The notes under the pieces: generated by a model
Databases searched by the model: none
What the model saw: only the letters and a program-made list of their open reading frames with translations
What the model was told of the DNA's origin: nothing
From: Ramazzottius varieornatus
Lineage: Eukaryota; Animalia; Tardigrada
Reading direction: 5' to 3'
DNA: 64,000 bases
Assembly (NCBI GenBank): GCA_001949185.1
Contig: BDGG01000001.1
Location: 3,489,324 to 3,553,323, forward strand
Part shown: positions 29,401 through 44,901 of the stretch, in pieces
How the letters are laid out: each line of letters opens with the position of its first letter
Position numbering within the stretch: position 1 is the stretch's first letter
Program-made: the position numbers and the translations under genes

Positions 29401-32400
29401 GGTTCGATGGGCAAAGCGATATGCATATTCGAGCCGGCATCCCAATCAAAACAGTGAGCAAATCAACCAAGAGTATTTATTGATGGGTTCGTTTGACAGC
29501 AGACAGGCAAGAAGCCCTCTTGAGGTCGTGATAGATGATAAGATGGATTGCTTGCACTTTTCATTCTTTAAACAAATAGCAAATCATTGGGGAGAATCCG
29601 GAGGAGTCAAAGTTGAGACAAACACTGTGGTGCTTTTGACGCTTTTTACTGTCCGAAAGTGGCGTTATTCGCTGTTACGTTGGTGGCATGGCATGCAAGG
29701 CTTGTCAGCCGTAGGATTGGACGTGGAGAAAAATTCTCCCGGGTGGCCTTCGCGCGTTCTCAAGACTGCTCAGTATGGCGTTGTCTATTTATTCGCCACT
29801 TTTGACATGACAGGAAGTATTCATTGGGGTCAGTTCTGCAGTCCGGATACGTTGCAGGCTGAGTGGAGTCGTTATTGTGGTTGAAGAAACCCGTCAGACG
29901 TCTCCCCCCAGAAAAGTCATCCCTGAGAACCAACAACGCCCAATCGTTTTCAATTGCACACTTGGATATTCGATAATCAAATCACAAGCTCTTTTTGTCA
30001 AGCCCCCATAATACTCTTGCCTGTGTCGGATAACAAAGTGCTCTTAACCAGCCTGTGTAGGAATATTCGGATACAAACTACTCGTGTAGAGGAAAATGTG
30101 GGATTTCCAATTCATGAAAATAATTGGAGCAGAAAAGTTTTTATGGTCACTGAAAAAATAGTCACTATTGACGGTTCGCTGCCTCGAGCCATGCCTGATA
30201 CACAACCAGTGGCTGACGTCAAAGAACCTCTCCCACAGTAGGAGCATCCGAGGGTCAGAGAGCTGCTACCGTTAGCCTGCAACATCTCTTCCGCTGTGAG
30301 TTGATTCGTTTCATTTACTAATCTACCTTACGACAAAGAGTTTGATCGTGCGTCAGTTGATATGGGTTACCGTTGAGCGCGAGCGTTGAAGACCTCGAAC
30401 GTGCCGAAAATGCGGACAATCTTTTGAGCTCAACGTCTCAATGCAACCTCACCTGTTTAAATTTGAAACTATTTATCGGTAAACATAGTTGAGATTCTGG
30501 CGCCTAGGAGGAATGTCCTTCCTTACCGAGGAAGTGAAAGCACTAGAAGACGACAAGAATATTTGAGTGATTTACACCTTTGGGCCAAATGGCAAGGGTC
30601 ATTTATGAGCAATATTTCTCCAGTATCCCAAATATGACAAGCCCCTTTTATGCGCCTGCTATCGGCATGCCTTTGTCCACTGTCCACATTATCATCCGCT
30701 TTTGAAAGTGGGTCAGTTTATGGTAGGGCAACGTTTCGTAAGTAAACAAACCTGCTGGACACTGGCATAATGTCCGTCAGGAGAGCAATTAAGGAAGCGC
30801 TTTGCGTACGCCAAGCCTCCCTTTTGGCTCGTTCCCTGACCATCATCATCGTGCTGTACAGATATCCCCTGCATAATCGTTAATCATTCACCATTAGGAG
30901 AGGGATATTCGCGAATGTAGACTCGGAATTGTCATTCCTCCCTTTTCTCTCTCTCGCTCGGCTGATTCAACGGACATTAGAGTGACTCACAGTCACTGAC
31001 TACCTGCGTCGCTTTCCATGTCAAAACAGATTAAACTTTCCATCTTTGTCATGATACTTACCTGCGTTTGCATAGGCGTTGGTGAACCTGACGGATGGAT
31101 AATTTCTATCAGTCATGACGGAAACTACTGTATACTTTGACAACGGTATTTTTATCGTCATGCGGCGTCACCTGCGTGGGCGCCTGAAAATATCGGTCCG
31201 TTGTACCGGAAAAAAATTCAAAAACCTTGTCACAATTGGACACAACTCAGTTGAACTCGCGCATTTCAAAACCGAATTTACTGAACGGAGAGCGGATGGT
31301 ACAGGAAGGAAGTATGCTCACAGCAGAGCAAAACGTGTAGAAATATTAAAAATTCCTGAGTGCCCATTGTTCTGACACGTTTCTAGACGATGAGGAAGTC
31401 CTTCCGTCTTTCCGCTAAATAAATAATGTTTCAATCCAGTAACGCGACTGATAGAAGTCGTTACAAATCTGGCCTGTTCCGCTTGGAGGAGCGAAACTCA
31501 TCAAGAACCCCTAGGGGTCCATCAGAGCTGCAAATCGCTAGAGTCGACATTGACAATGGAAGTTTAATCAGACTCGCGTGCCGCCTCTTTGCCATCTTCT
31601 TTATTCCCTTCCAATTCCCAAGTGAAACTTAATTAATCAGGCTTTATTATTGCGAGCCAGTCGCGTCTGGCCAGTCGAAAGCTGACTGGACAAGACTGAG
31701 CTCTTGCCGAAATTAATCAGATGATAACCTAATAATTTTCAGATTGTCCCGTGTGTGAAGTCCTTTGGCAAATTACCGCATATTTCCCCGATTCAATTTG
31801 TTGGGCCACCAAACCGGTGGATCGACACATCGAAAGGGAAGCCATGCAGTGCTTGGTGAAACTCGAAAGGAATGTCCAACTGGACAAGCTCTTCTTGGTC
31901 AACGCAGCGATGAGAAAAGCACTCGAATCAAGGCAAGCTTCGCTTTTGACAAGTGTCAAGAAGACTCGAGCGTCCAGTGTCCACTCTAAATTCTAATAAA
32001 ACCCAGTAGGAAAACTAGTTAAGGCATGCTGGTAAAACTATCGACGCCTTGGTGGGCAATTTCTTTCTCATTTACTCGGACCAGTTTCAGCTCTCAACCG
32101 GCAAAGTGTAGCACGAGGACCAAGTGCTTGTTTACATCATAGTGAAGGGAACATGCGACCAAACACTTTCAACTAAATATTGATAACACTTGCTAGTTAG
32201 TAACCCAGTCAAGAGACGTCCAAGAATAATGTCAATATGTGACGTCTTCGGTCCGAGAGTATTTCTTAGGTCATACATGGCCAAGTCCCTCGCGATCGAG
32301 TGCTCCATTGACGAGAAAGTTGTTCAGCGCCATCTGTCCTGTTTTCGTTTCTGCTTGATAAATTTTCCCCAATATCGGAATAACTGGGAGGCCGGCAAAC

Positions 32401-35400
32401 GATGTCGGGATGGTCGTTATCTCAAGTCGCGCAGTTTTTGCTGCTGTAGGCCGGAACAGTGCGCCATTTGAAATAACAATCAACGCGATGTTGTTTGCCG
32501 GCTTCCCAGTTTTGGACAAGGTTTCACTGGGTGTCATTTGAGCCATGTTGAATATTTTTTGTGAATGAGTACTGTGTAGTCAACAAAGCCAGACAAAGAA
32601 AAAGAGCTCTCGCCATGATGATGTTCTACAGGATAGAGTGTGAGTGATGAGGCGAAGTGGCAAACACCTGCTGAATTCGCAGCTATGACATTAATATGCT
32701 GGATGGATCTCCTAGTCGCGGAGGAAATTGTATTGATGTGAAAGTGGGACAGTTTCACCTCTTTTAAATGAATACAGTACATAGGACAAAGTCACAGATT
32801 GTGCTTGACGTTAATCTGCCTTGCCGAACAAATCAATTGCACTTCTGGTCGATATGGATGCATGGCTCCCTGAGCGGGACTTTTTTAACACTCTACGTAC
32901 GACCGTCCTCTTTGTGTATACAATCACTCCGTTTTATTCACCTCCCAGTTTTAGCTTTTGGTCTTTCGGGTCTGGGTCTTTTTGTTTGCATGTACCTCAG
33001 TCTTCTCACCAAAGCAACACCAATGACCAGCGGTCAGCAAAACCCCAGCACGCTGGAAATTTTTCTACGGTTTCGGGTGCTGTTGGTTAAATTCGGTGTT
33101 TCGTCTCTTCGCGCGAGACACGTGCGCGGTATTCGCTTAGAAGAAAACTGGAGCACTGGGGACAGTCTTATCTATCGAAGCCGAGCCTGGGATAAATTTT
33201 GTAGTCATCAGTGCGGTCAGAAGAAAATCAAGACGACCAGTTATCCCTTTTGAGATTTGGCGTTCATGGCCTGCCAATTATCCGAATTTTGAAATTTCGA
33301 AAATTGCCTATTAGTTGGACCAGCCTCCGCAACACGGTACCAGCCAATAAAATTTCTGTATACACAGAGAGGACGGTAGTATTCTGCAAACATGAAAACG
33401 ATCGTGCTGAAAGTGTTAAGCAGCCCGTGGGTTTGTTATTGGCTCGTCGAAAATCCCGGACTATCGACAGGAGGATGATAGGCAACTCCGACATGGTGTA
33501 TTAGATGGCGCATAATGTTGTCTGTGAGGCTTGTCTGGATCACCTTTTTACTTTTGATTTGACACGATAGGTCCGACTCCTGGTGCGTGACCACCAGCAT
33601 GCAGTCATGATGGGGTGTTGAATGGCGAGAATCTCCACGGGCAACTGGTCAGCAGGGCCTTCACAGATTTTACGACAACTTTCCCGCGCGAAGACCAAGC
33701 CTCCACGCATTCTGTGTCAAAAAAATGGGGCGTTGGAAAATAATTCCACACACAGGTCGTCATGTCAACTGGCACACAACTTGAGTATAATCAGCTGACG
33801 GCGTACACCACTTCGGAAAGAGATCAGAGGAAATTCCATCTGACAACGCACATTCAAATGATGGAACTTTTTCTTGAACACACGAGAACGTTTTGACTGT
33901 TTGGACTTGTCGTGGCCTTGACAATATTCCGTAGCTGGCTCTTTGAAGCTCTGATCAGATCGAGACAGATTTATGAGGCTTTAAACGGCGGTTTCATTAA
34001 TTTTACGACCGTTTCCTTTGAGCTTTCGATGTTACGATAAACAGCGAAGCGTTGTGACTGTTCTGTCCTCTTCCCGGTGAAGAAATTGTTTGCCGTAACG
34101 ATATCGAAAATTATATGGCTTCGTCGTGAACCCAATTGCCATTGCCGGCTGATCATAGTCAACTTCCTCGTCAGCTCAGCTGCAAATGATGGACATCCTG
34201 AACAAAGTCTCAATTTAGTAGGAGACGGGTTTGGGTTATAATCCGTCATTCGAACTTGACCAGCAAAGAAGAGCTTATGCAATGCAGACGTAGTGGTCAT
34301 TGTGTCCGTAGTCGCTCAATCTGGACCTGGACAATTGATTAGAACTGTCTAAATCCTCCGGGCCATTCAGATTTCACTCACAGAACACCCTATAATCTTA
34401 CGGAATTACTTCATCCGTCCAAACAATCAACAGAGCAGAATTATGTCCACATTTCGTGTGTCATATTTTTTTCTCCGTTCCATTTAGCCGAGGACGTTAC
34501 ACAGTAGCAGAGCAACCCGGCCGTAAGTGCTCTTGCAGCCGCCTACATACACGCATTGCGCTGAACTGTAGTCCATACTGTATGTAGGTTCATGGAAGAT
34601 TGATAGTTGTGTGCCGACCAAAGTATGGATGGTTTGAATGACCAGCGGTCAGTTGGTAAACGCGGAGTATAGGGAATGTGTACGCGTGCGTGAGATGCAT
34701 TAGTCGTATTAAAGCCATGGAAGCTAGTCTTTAAAAGATGAACCATGCGAGATTATCCGCAATGGCCGTCCACTGGGGGATATCGTGTTGGTCGCCACGC
34801 TCTTGACTAATCGCTTGTTGGCAGAGATAACCTCGCGAAAAGCCGTTGATAACCCCTGGAAACTGACCACAGCTTCCGCGAAGCTCTGGTCAAGCCCAAG
34901 AGCCAACACCAACCCAAGTTAGATGAAACCGTCGCTAACAGTTAGCCTTACCCGACAGGCGAGAGAAAATGGCATTGAAATGTCTTTTGATCTTTAGAAA
35001 TAGTTGGGAAAGCTTTTGATCGAGCAAACGTTGGAAACGAGGTTACAACGTTCGTGGATCTGAGTGAATTAAGATGGAAAAACGCTACGTTCGTGTTTAT
35101 GTTTTGATGACCAGGTTAAGGCGATTTTCGTTCTTCTCTCGACTAATGTAGGTTTTGTTAATGCTTGACTGGTAAAACCAACAGTAAACTTGTTCGGCGT
35201 ATTTTTCTTGCCTTTGTAATCATGCTGGTGTTAGCTGCTCTTGTTTTCACAAGCTGACATGCCTCAAAGACCTGAAGACAAATCGACCGTTAAGTGCTGC
35301 TGTGAAACACGTGAATGCCGGCGAATTTTGTCCAGCTAGTGGCGCCCTCTTCTACGGCCTCGCACTGTAAAATTTCTCGGGTTTGTGAGAAAATTCGAGT

Positions 35401-38400
35401 TTGACTTCTGGATCTTTTGCACTGGCGATGATTACTGTCTTGGCCACATAACGCGCGTTTTGGTTTTTCTTTTCACTTTCACTTGTTCGTTTAATAATGT
35501 GATGCTGAAACGTGAGGCTGTCTGCCGGAAGCCACTTTTCCGATTGAAAAACCTGTTGGTAAGACACGCTCTGCACGTGAAGATCGAACGATGATCTCTT
35601 CTTGATTTGATGTTCCCCAAATAAGGACAGCGATTATTGATTGTTTCACTTTCTGGCTCGTTGGTCGCCGCATCTCTGTTCCGCTCGGGTGGAACCTGCC
35701 ACTTCGACTGGCGCATCCAGTGCTCTGTAGACTTGCAACAACATGGTGGCTTTGAGTCAATAAATCAGACATTGTAATGCGCCCGTAATCCTCCCTCCAT
35801 AAACTGGGTTAATGAGACGTTTTAAGGGATTTTGCCCCACACAGTGCTGGATGACTCAATCTCGGCAAATGAAAGGATTTAACCGTAAAAGACCGAAGAT
35901 TATCCTAAGAGGGACCCTTCAGTTTTCTGTAGCACCGGAAAGATCTGTGTAAAAAGAACGGACAAGTCAGTCGTAAAACTGAAAATTAGAATATGATTGT
36001 TGGTCATATAGCTACCTATGGGCGTAGGGCAGAAACGAACGAAGAAGCGAACATGGCCATAATGCCGTGGTCCTCATTAAAAATGCCCGGGAATAATGGA
36101 GATGCCGGCACGTGTCGGACTTTAGCCACTGGGAAATGTTTTGCAATTAGGAGAGCGATGTGGCCGCGCAGATCCTGAAGGGTAGTAATTAGCTTTGTGC
36201 AAATATTCTGCCCGATTAGATGAGATCGGAAAGTACTCCAAGCTCTCTGCTGTGGCAGAATGTTTACGAGTCAACATGCTGACCAGCCACAAGAGGAAAC
36301 ACCGGCCTCTTCACTGTCCTTCCTGCTTACTGGACTCTTCCTTGTTCACCCAGATAGCTCATATTCCTCTTTCAGGTTGTGCGTGCTTCCGTGCAACCCT
36401 ATCCACAAATCGTCCTTAAAAGCTACATGGTTCTAGTTACCCACGCTTTCCGGGACGATACTCGTGCCCACTACACCGGAATCCTTCTGTCAAACACTCC
36501 ACTGTGAATGTAGCCAACGACTTATACAAGAGCGCTTGCCTGTCCGAAAACTTCTTGTGGGATCCCCGCAGATCTGCCCAGCTGATTAACCGCAAAGCAA
36601 AAACAATGAGACACACAGACCACAACCTTGAATGGTTGAATATGCCTGTATATCATCCGCCTAATGTTTCATTTTGTGCCTTATGGGCCATCTGTAAGAT
36701 GGGAAGGTTGAATTAATTGTTGTCTGCTTATGTTTGCCCGAGTGGCGTTGAGTGGAGGCGGTAGCGGAACGAGTTAGGAGGTCGTCAATATGGTTGAACA
36801 GTAGTTCTCTGTTAGAAAGTAGAAATGGGAAGAAGCACGTGCGCCAGATGCTGCTCCAGCAATTGTCCAGGGTGTGATTTATGGCTTACCTTGGACGCCC
36901 CCGACATAGTTAACGCCTAAGTACTGTTCCCTCAATAAGATATGCAAAGTTTGCCGCCATATGCCACCGTCCAGCTTCCTATTGTTCTTTGTTCCCCAGC
37001 TGAGTCCATTAAAACAAAATTGCAAACTTCACTTTGTGTAGTAGCTCTCAAGGCACACTGCTCATTCTGTTCTCCTCAAATTCATTAAATCCATTTTGCG
37101 ATGGTCATTTCAACAGTTGACTGTACCCTAATCTGGGAATATTCGTGATATTTGATATGAGATTTTTACCACCCATATCAAGATAATTTTCGAATCGAGA
37201 TGGTTCCAAATTTTTTGTCATCGATATGGAGTCTGGTCCTCGGTATTAGCAGATCTCTATAGTAGGTACCACCATCGTGCGGTTTCTGACGGTTTGTTCT
37301 CTGCTTGCAGTTGCTCAAGCCACGGACACTGATGTACATTTGATGGTTACACCACGAGGATCCATAAACCGGGCTGCCGGAGAAAATATTTTCCTCAAAT
37401 GTTCCGTAGAACCCGAGGCTGCGCGAGGGGCAGTTGGAAACATACGGTGGTACGACCCTAAAAACGACATTGTCATGCCCTCAGCGCCAACTAACAGCCG
37501 GTAAGTGACTGCCTCCCCATGTAGCAGTTTACAAGTCAGAGTTTTTCCAATCTGTGCTTGGAAAAGAATTATGTTCCTTTTGGCAGTGCCTTCTCCCAAG
37601 CGGGCAGTGACCAGTCCCTCTCTCTTTACATCATGAATCTCAAGAAGGACGATGCTGGCGAATACCGGTGCCAAGCCGACTTTCCGGGACATGATCCACT
37701 GATAAAGACCACGAACATCGATATCTACGAGGACGTGAAGTTTGTGAATGCGCCGGCTTCGCAGACTCCGATCGCCGGAGGTCCCGGCAAAATTCTGTGT
37801 GAGGTTACTGGTAATCCTGCGCCACAAGTTGACTGGATTCGTGATAACCAGCCCATCTCCACTGGTAAACATCCGCTGTGACCTGGTGCACGCACTGGTA
37901 ATTACTTCATGATTAATGCATCCCTGCTTCCAGGTGGACGTTACAAGATCGAACAAGATGGACTGGTCATTGATAATGTCATGGAAGAGGACGAAGGTAA
38001 GCGTTGAACTCAGAGATCGATATACCATCTGAGTTGCACAGCAGCACTAACAGGAAATTTCTGTGTCTTTCATGCAGGTGATTACATCTGTCGGGCTTCC
38101 GTCGATTCAACCGGTGGACTCCGTTCCCAAACCATCAACGTTGTTGTCCATAGTAAGTGGAGAATCACACCTGGCTCTCCATGCTTCCACGTACTACTAA
38201 TAATGGCATCGCTTCTCTCTAGCTAAGCCTGAAATTGAGCATGGAGGAAGACCAACGGATACGCGAAGAGTGGAGGGTGATGTGGCCAGTATGAGCTGCG
38301 TGGTGACTGGACGACCTGCACCGACCATCACCTGGGTATTCCTTCCGGTAAGTGTCGGAGTTTGATAACATTACCCCGTTTCTTACTGGCTCTGTCCTGA

Positions 38401-41343
38401 CATCTCACTGGTAACAACACTGGCTCTATCCTGACATTTATGGCTGTTTAGACCGGAGAGGATGTGACCAAGATGGTGGACGAGCAGAAACGCAACCGCC
38501 ACTCTGTGGACCCCGTGACCGGTGCTCTGACAGTAAACGACCTGATGAAGCGCGACCAAGGGGATTACAAATGCATGGCTACAAACCCAGCTGGTACCGT
38601 GGACGCCACTGCTCAGCTGTTCGTCGTTGAGAAGCCTCGCTTCGACATTGTCAGTAATACCACCGAAGCCTTCGGCCGATCAACGTCCATCACATGTACG
38701 GTCCGCGGCGACCCTGCACCCGAGCTACAGTACATCAAAGAAGGAAGTGACTCGCCTATCCCAGAGGACAATAACGGCAAATACATAATTACGAAGCGCG
38801 AACGAGAGCTAACTCTGACCATCAACCAACTGACGCGCGAAGACGACGGACTTTACACGTAAGACCAAGCCATCCAAGTCTGCTTAGTACCAACTGTGAA
38901 ATCATGGTTTGATATTGCAGCTGTATCGCAACTAACGAAGCTGGAACCGCCGAAAAGGCGTCACACGTCACCGTCAAGTTCAAGCCCACCTTTGAGCACA
39001 CGCCCATGCATCAGGCCAAGACCTGGCTTGAGAACCCTCTGCCGGTCAATTTGTCGTGCATTGCGGAAGCCATTCCGAATGCTACGGTTCGATGGGAGAA
39101 GAAGCAGCAAAACACCTTAACAGGTGCTCCCTTCCTGATGATCACACCGGAAATGTCGCACATCTCCATGTCCCAAGAGGGCGCTGTTAGCAGCATTGTC
39201 GTAAGTACATATCTAACCACCAGTAAACCATAGCATCATAAAAGAGCAGCGACGTTGGGCGCGTAATGCCGCTGCCCTTCTGTGATGCTTTTTTCCACTG
39301 TCTTCGTATAGCTCAAACGTTTCTGGTTCACAGTTTCGTCCCCGAGGTCTCGAGGACTTCGGAGAGTACGAATGCATCGCTGCCAATGAGATCGGAGAAG
39401 CACGTCACAGGATCAACCTTTACCTGGCCCGCGTGCCCGCCCCCATCCAGTCCGTAGAGTTCGCTTCCGTGACAGCCACCACCATTCAGTTCCGTATTCA
39501 AGGAGCCGACGAACCTGACAATCTGGAGACACAGCAGTATGAGGTCTACTACCATGAGGCCGGCGGTGATATGAGCAATGCCATGCAGCGAGTATGGCCA
39601 GTCAACCCCAACGGACTATACGTCGTATCGGACCTGAAGCCGGCGCACCGCTACGTCTTCCGGTTCCACGCCACGAACGCCTTAGGTATCAGCCCCGCCA
39701 CTCGGGACTTCGAGAGGACCATGCCGGATATCGGTCCTCCAAGGCCTCCAGGCTTGGTCCACGACGCACTGAACAACACCGGCGACGCCAACAGCTATGT
39801 GCTTCTATGGCAGGAGCCTGATGGTAAGCACAAATTCTTCCTTGACAAATAACCATAGTATAGTTCCTTGACTGCGTTTTTGCAGATAATGGTTCTCCGA
39901 TCATCGATTACCAGATCAGTTACCGCAAGGTAAAAGATTAAAAGCTGGACTGTTTACTGTTGTTTTTCGCGTCGTATTTTTCTGTACTGCGGTGTATTTT
40001 TACAGGAAGGAGAGAACCAGCCAAAGATGGTCGTTGCGCCCCCACGAACCGGCGGGCAATGGTCTCTCACTGGTCTCGATGCCGGCACGAGGTACGCGGT
40101 CGAGATTATCGCCCGGAACGCCAAAGGAATCAGTGCTCCATTAAACTTCACTTTCTTAACAGCCAGTGGTAAGTTCCGCTTCCTGTTTGCTTGTACGTTA
40201 GCCGCCACGCTTATTGCATATCGCTTATTCCGCTTTGCTCTTTCCCCGCCCGCCGGTAGGCCACAGCCCCCGAGGTACGTACCACTTGGCTGCAGCTAGC
40301 TCGCGCCCACCCGCCGCTATGCTTTCTTGTGCCGATTAATTTGTCTAATAATTTTTGGTTCCATTTTTAGCTCACAGTATTACCAGAGTCAACAACGATT
40401 CTGGATCCTTCTTGTCCACATCCGTGATTGCCGGAATTTGTGTGGGAGTTCTGCTCCTACTGTTGCTGCTCATTGGTACGTTTTCTTTTTCTCGCTTACT
40501 GTACTGTAATATCGGCGTGCCGAAGAACTTCACATCAATATCTCTGTTTCTAGATCTGTGCTGTTTCTTTACGGCTAAACGCGGAATTACCGCGGCGCTT
40601 TGCCGAAAATGCTGTGGAGAGAGCAAGAAGCTTAGCGAGACTGAGGATCTCGAGAAGATGAGAACAACCGACGAAGCGTAAGTGGTCTTCATTTTATTGG
40701 TACGAACGCTTGGGTCGCGCAACTGCTATTACGTGTTTCTGCTTCGTCATCCTTCCTGACCTGTGATCACTTTCTTCTTCCTTATATGTGGGAATGGTAC
40801 TTTGTGCTTGTTCGAGCTTCTCAGCCAGACCATACACCGACTCTTGCAGCTCTAACTCTACTCTTCCAATTTTCTAGTGATCTCAACTTCGAGAAGCAAC
40901 CTCTGACTACCAAACAAGTAACGGAGACCACAACGATACAGACTGTCTACCGCGACCAGGCTTATCCCGAACTGGAGCCAGAAGACAAACCTTCACCTTA
41001 ACTTACTGTCCACTTTCTTCATTTCCACTTCTCATTTCTTTAGATGTAAGGTTCTACTGTAATACCGTGTATGACAGAATACATGGGAACCCCGAAGTTG
41101 GTTGCATCATGTCCCTTCTTTCATTGCAGAGAGAAATCTCCTTCTTTATATACTGCTCTCAACGGTTCCTCATCTCCTTTTCTAAAGACCAAACATCCTG
41201 TTGGCGACAATTACCATAGGCTGGACGATACGTTTGGGATCGACACCACTTCTTCGAGACAAGACGGCCCGCACGATAGCATCTTAGGTGTGACGCGGAC
41301 TAGTTCGGCCGGAAGCTTGGAACGAATGGAGACTGATGTATAG
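26447..41343 (+). CDS. Fas2: NCAM/Fasciclin II-like Ig-FN3 cell adhesion molecule
   Basis: The signal-peptide exon 26447-26510 joins in phase to 37311 across a 10,800-nt intron. Five Ig domains (DAGEYRC, DEGDYIC, DQGDYKC, DDGLY.C, DFGEYEC), two FN3, TM (VIAGICVGVLLLLLLLIDLCCFF) followed by KRGITAALC, and a C-terminus ETDV*. The exon-1 assignment is inferred. Confidence 0.88.
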
Positions 41344-41873
41344 TCCTTGACTGACCAAACGAACTTCCGCCCGTCTTTACCGTCTTGTAGACCTTTCCCA
41401 AACGAAACTCAAGTGTGATATTTCCCGCATTCTTTGTTTTCCTTGTTTTGTTTTCTTTTCTGTCCATTCTTGACTAGACCTTTGCTCTTAGCGATATTTA
41501 CTAGTCAGCCGTATATCTTAGCGCGATTATGACCGTTGGTCAGTTTATTTGTTATGTACTTCAGCTTTGATTTTTGCACCACTGTAAATGGTACACACTT
41601 CAATTTCGAATAAACCAGCCTACTATACGCACTACCGCAATAAATTAGCTCTCGAGCGAAGCACCGCAGTACAATGCAAGAGTCAGTTCAGTGAGAATGT
41701 AAAACTACGCCTTCAATCTTGAAAACCAATTCGGTCAATAAAGTCACAATATGCATCGCATGGGTCAAGGCCGGGCAGTATACAATCCAGCTTTCCGCAT
41801 TTACCTCTCAGGCTCCCACGTAGAAAGGCAAAACGAGAAACTGACAGCTCTCATTGAGTACTGTTTGATTGTA

Positions 41874-42039
41874 CAAGTGTACGACAAAAGTAACCGTTAA
41901 AAATGGGCGTAACACTCTAGCGGGGCTTACTTACAACTCAGCTAATGGGAATTAGGCTTTGCTTCATGCGCAAATTTCATTGGCTTCAACCATCTGGCTC
42001 CATACACCCATTTTTAACGGTTCATTTTGTCGTACACTG
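41874..42039. mobile_element. Tc1-like MITE (166 bp)
   Basis: About 36-bp TIRs agtgtacgacaaaagtaaccgttaaaaatgggcgta / tacacccatttttaacggttcattttgtcgtacact. CAGTG-type terminus and TA flanks. Confidence 0.85.
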
Positions 42040-42853
42040 TACCTATATATTCGCAGGTGTATAGGTACAACCAAACAGTAATGGCTCTCGTCTCTGTACC
42101 GATGTAGGGCAACCGGTAGCGTCATGCGTCGTGTTGCATGCGAGCTCGATTGAACGCAGACCGAGGTCCAGTAGGATAGGAAGAGGATTCAAGTTTGCTG
42201 GACGAGTGCAATACGTCATTCTAAGGAATCACTGAGCTTTCATTTTTGTGGCGAGCACAAGGGTCAATCAGCCGTTTTCTTCCAAACAGCACAGCGCACC
42301 GGTCACAAGACGATCGGGACAGTATGCTCTGCAGTTCCTCGACAAGAAGGCATGGACGTATTAAGGAAAAGACAACGTGAGATATTTTGAAAGAACTGTA
42401 ACTGAAATCTATAACATACGCTACACATACCGGCAAGCCAAAAGTGGAAAAGTGGACACGCCATCCAGCGGGGAAATAAAATATTCTGCGCAAGTCCATA
42501 CAGATGCTGCGTTACGGCCGTTTTCCAGATCTACTATCTTAGGACTGCCGACGATTTTCGAGGTCAAAAGGAAGCTGTATCTCGACCAATCTATATGATC
42601 TAATGATGTGGTAACGCAACAGTTGCACCGGATTGCAGCTACAACACCTTGTTTGTTATTTAAATACGAATTCTAAAGGCACAGCAGGACTATCATCAAC
42701 TAATCCAACCAGCGAGTACTGTAAATGCGGATCAGATATTACACAAGGCAAAATAACTCAATAATTATTGAGTTATTATTGAGCTTAAGCTAATTAACAA
42801 TTATTGAGCTTAAGCTTAGACTTGACCCTTGACTTGTACTAGCGTCTTCTTCG

Positions 42854-44901
<2,048 letters not shown>

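Noticed and set aside
31631-31720. Small hairpin flanked by a 10-bp direct repeat aattaatcag
   Set aside because: Could be an insertion with TSD, but it is a single weak instance with an AT-rich repeat.
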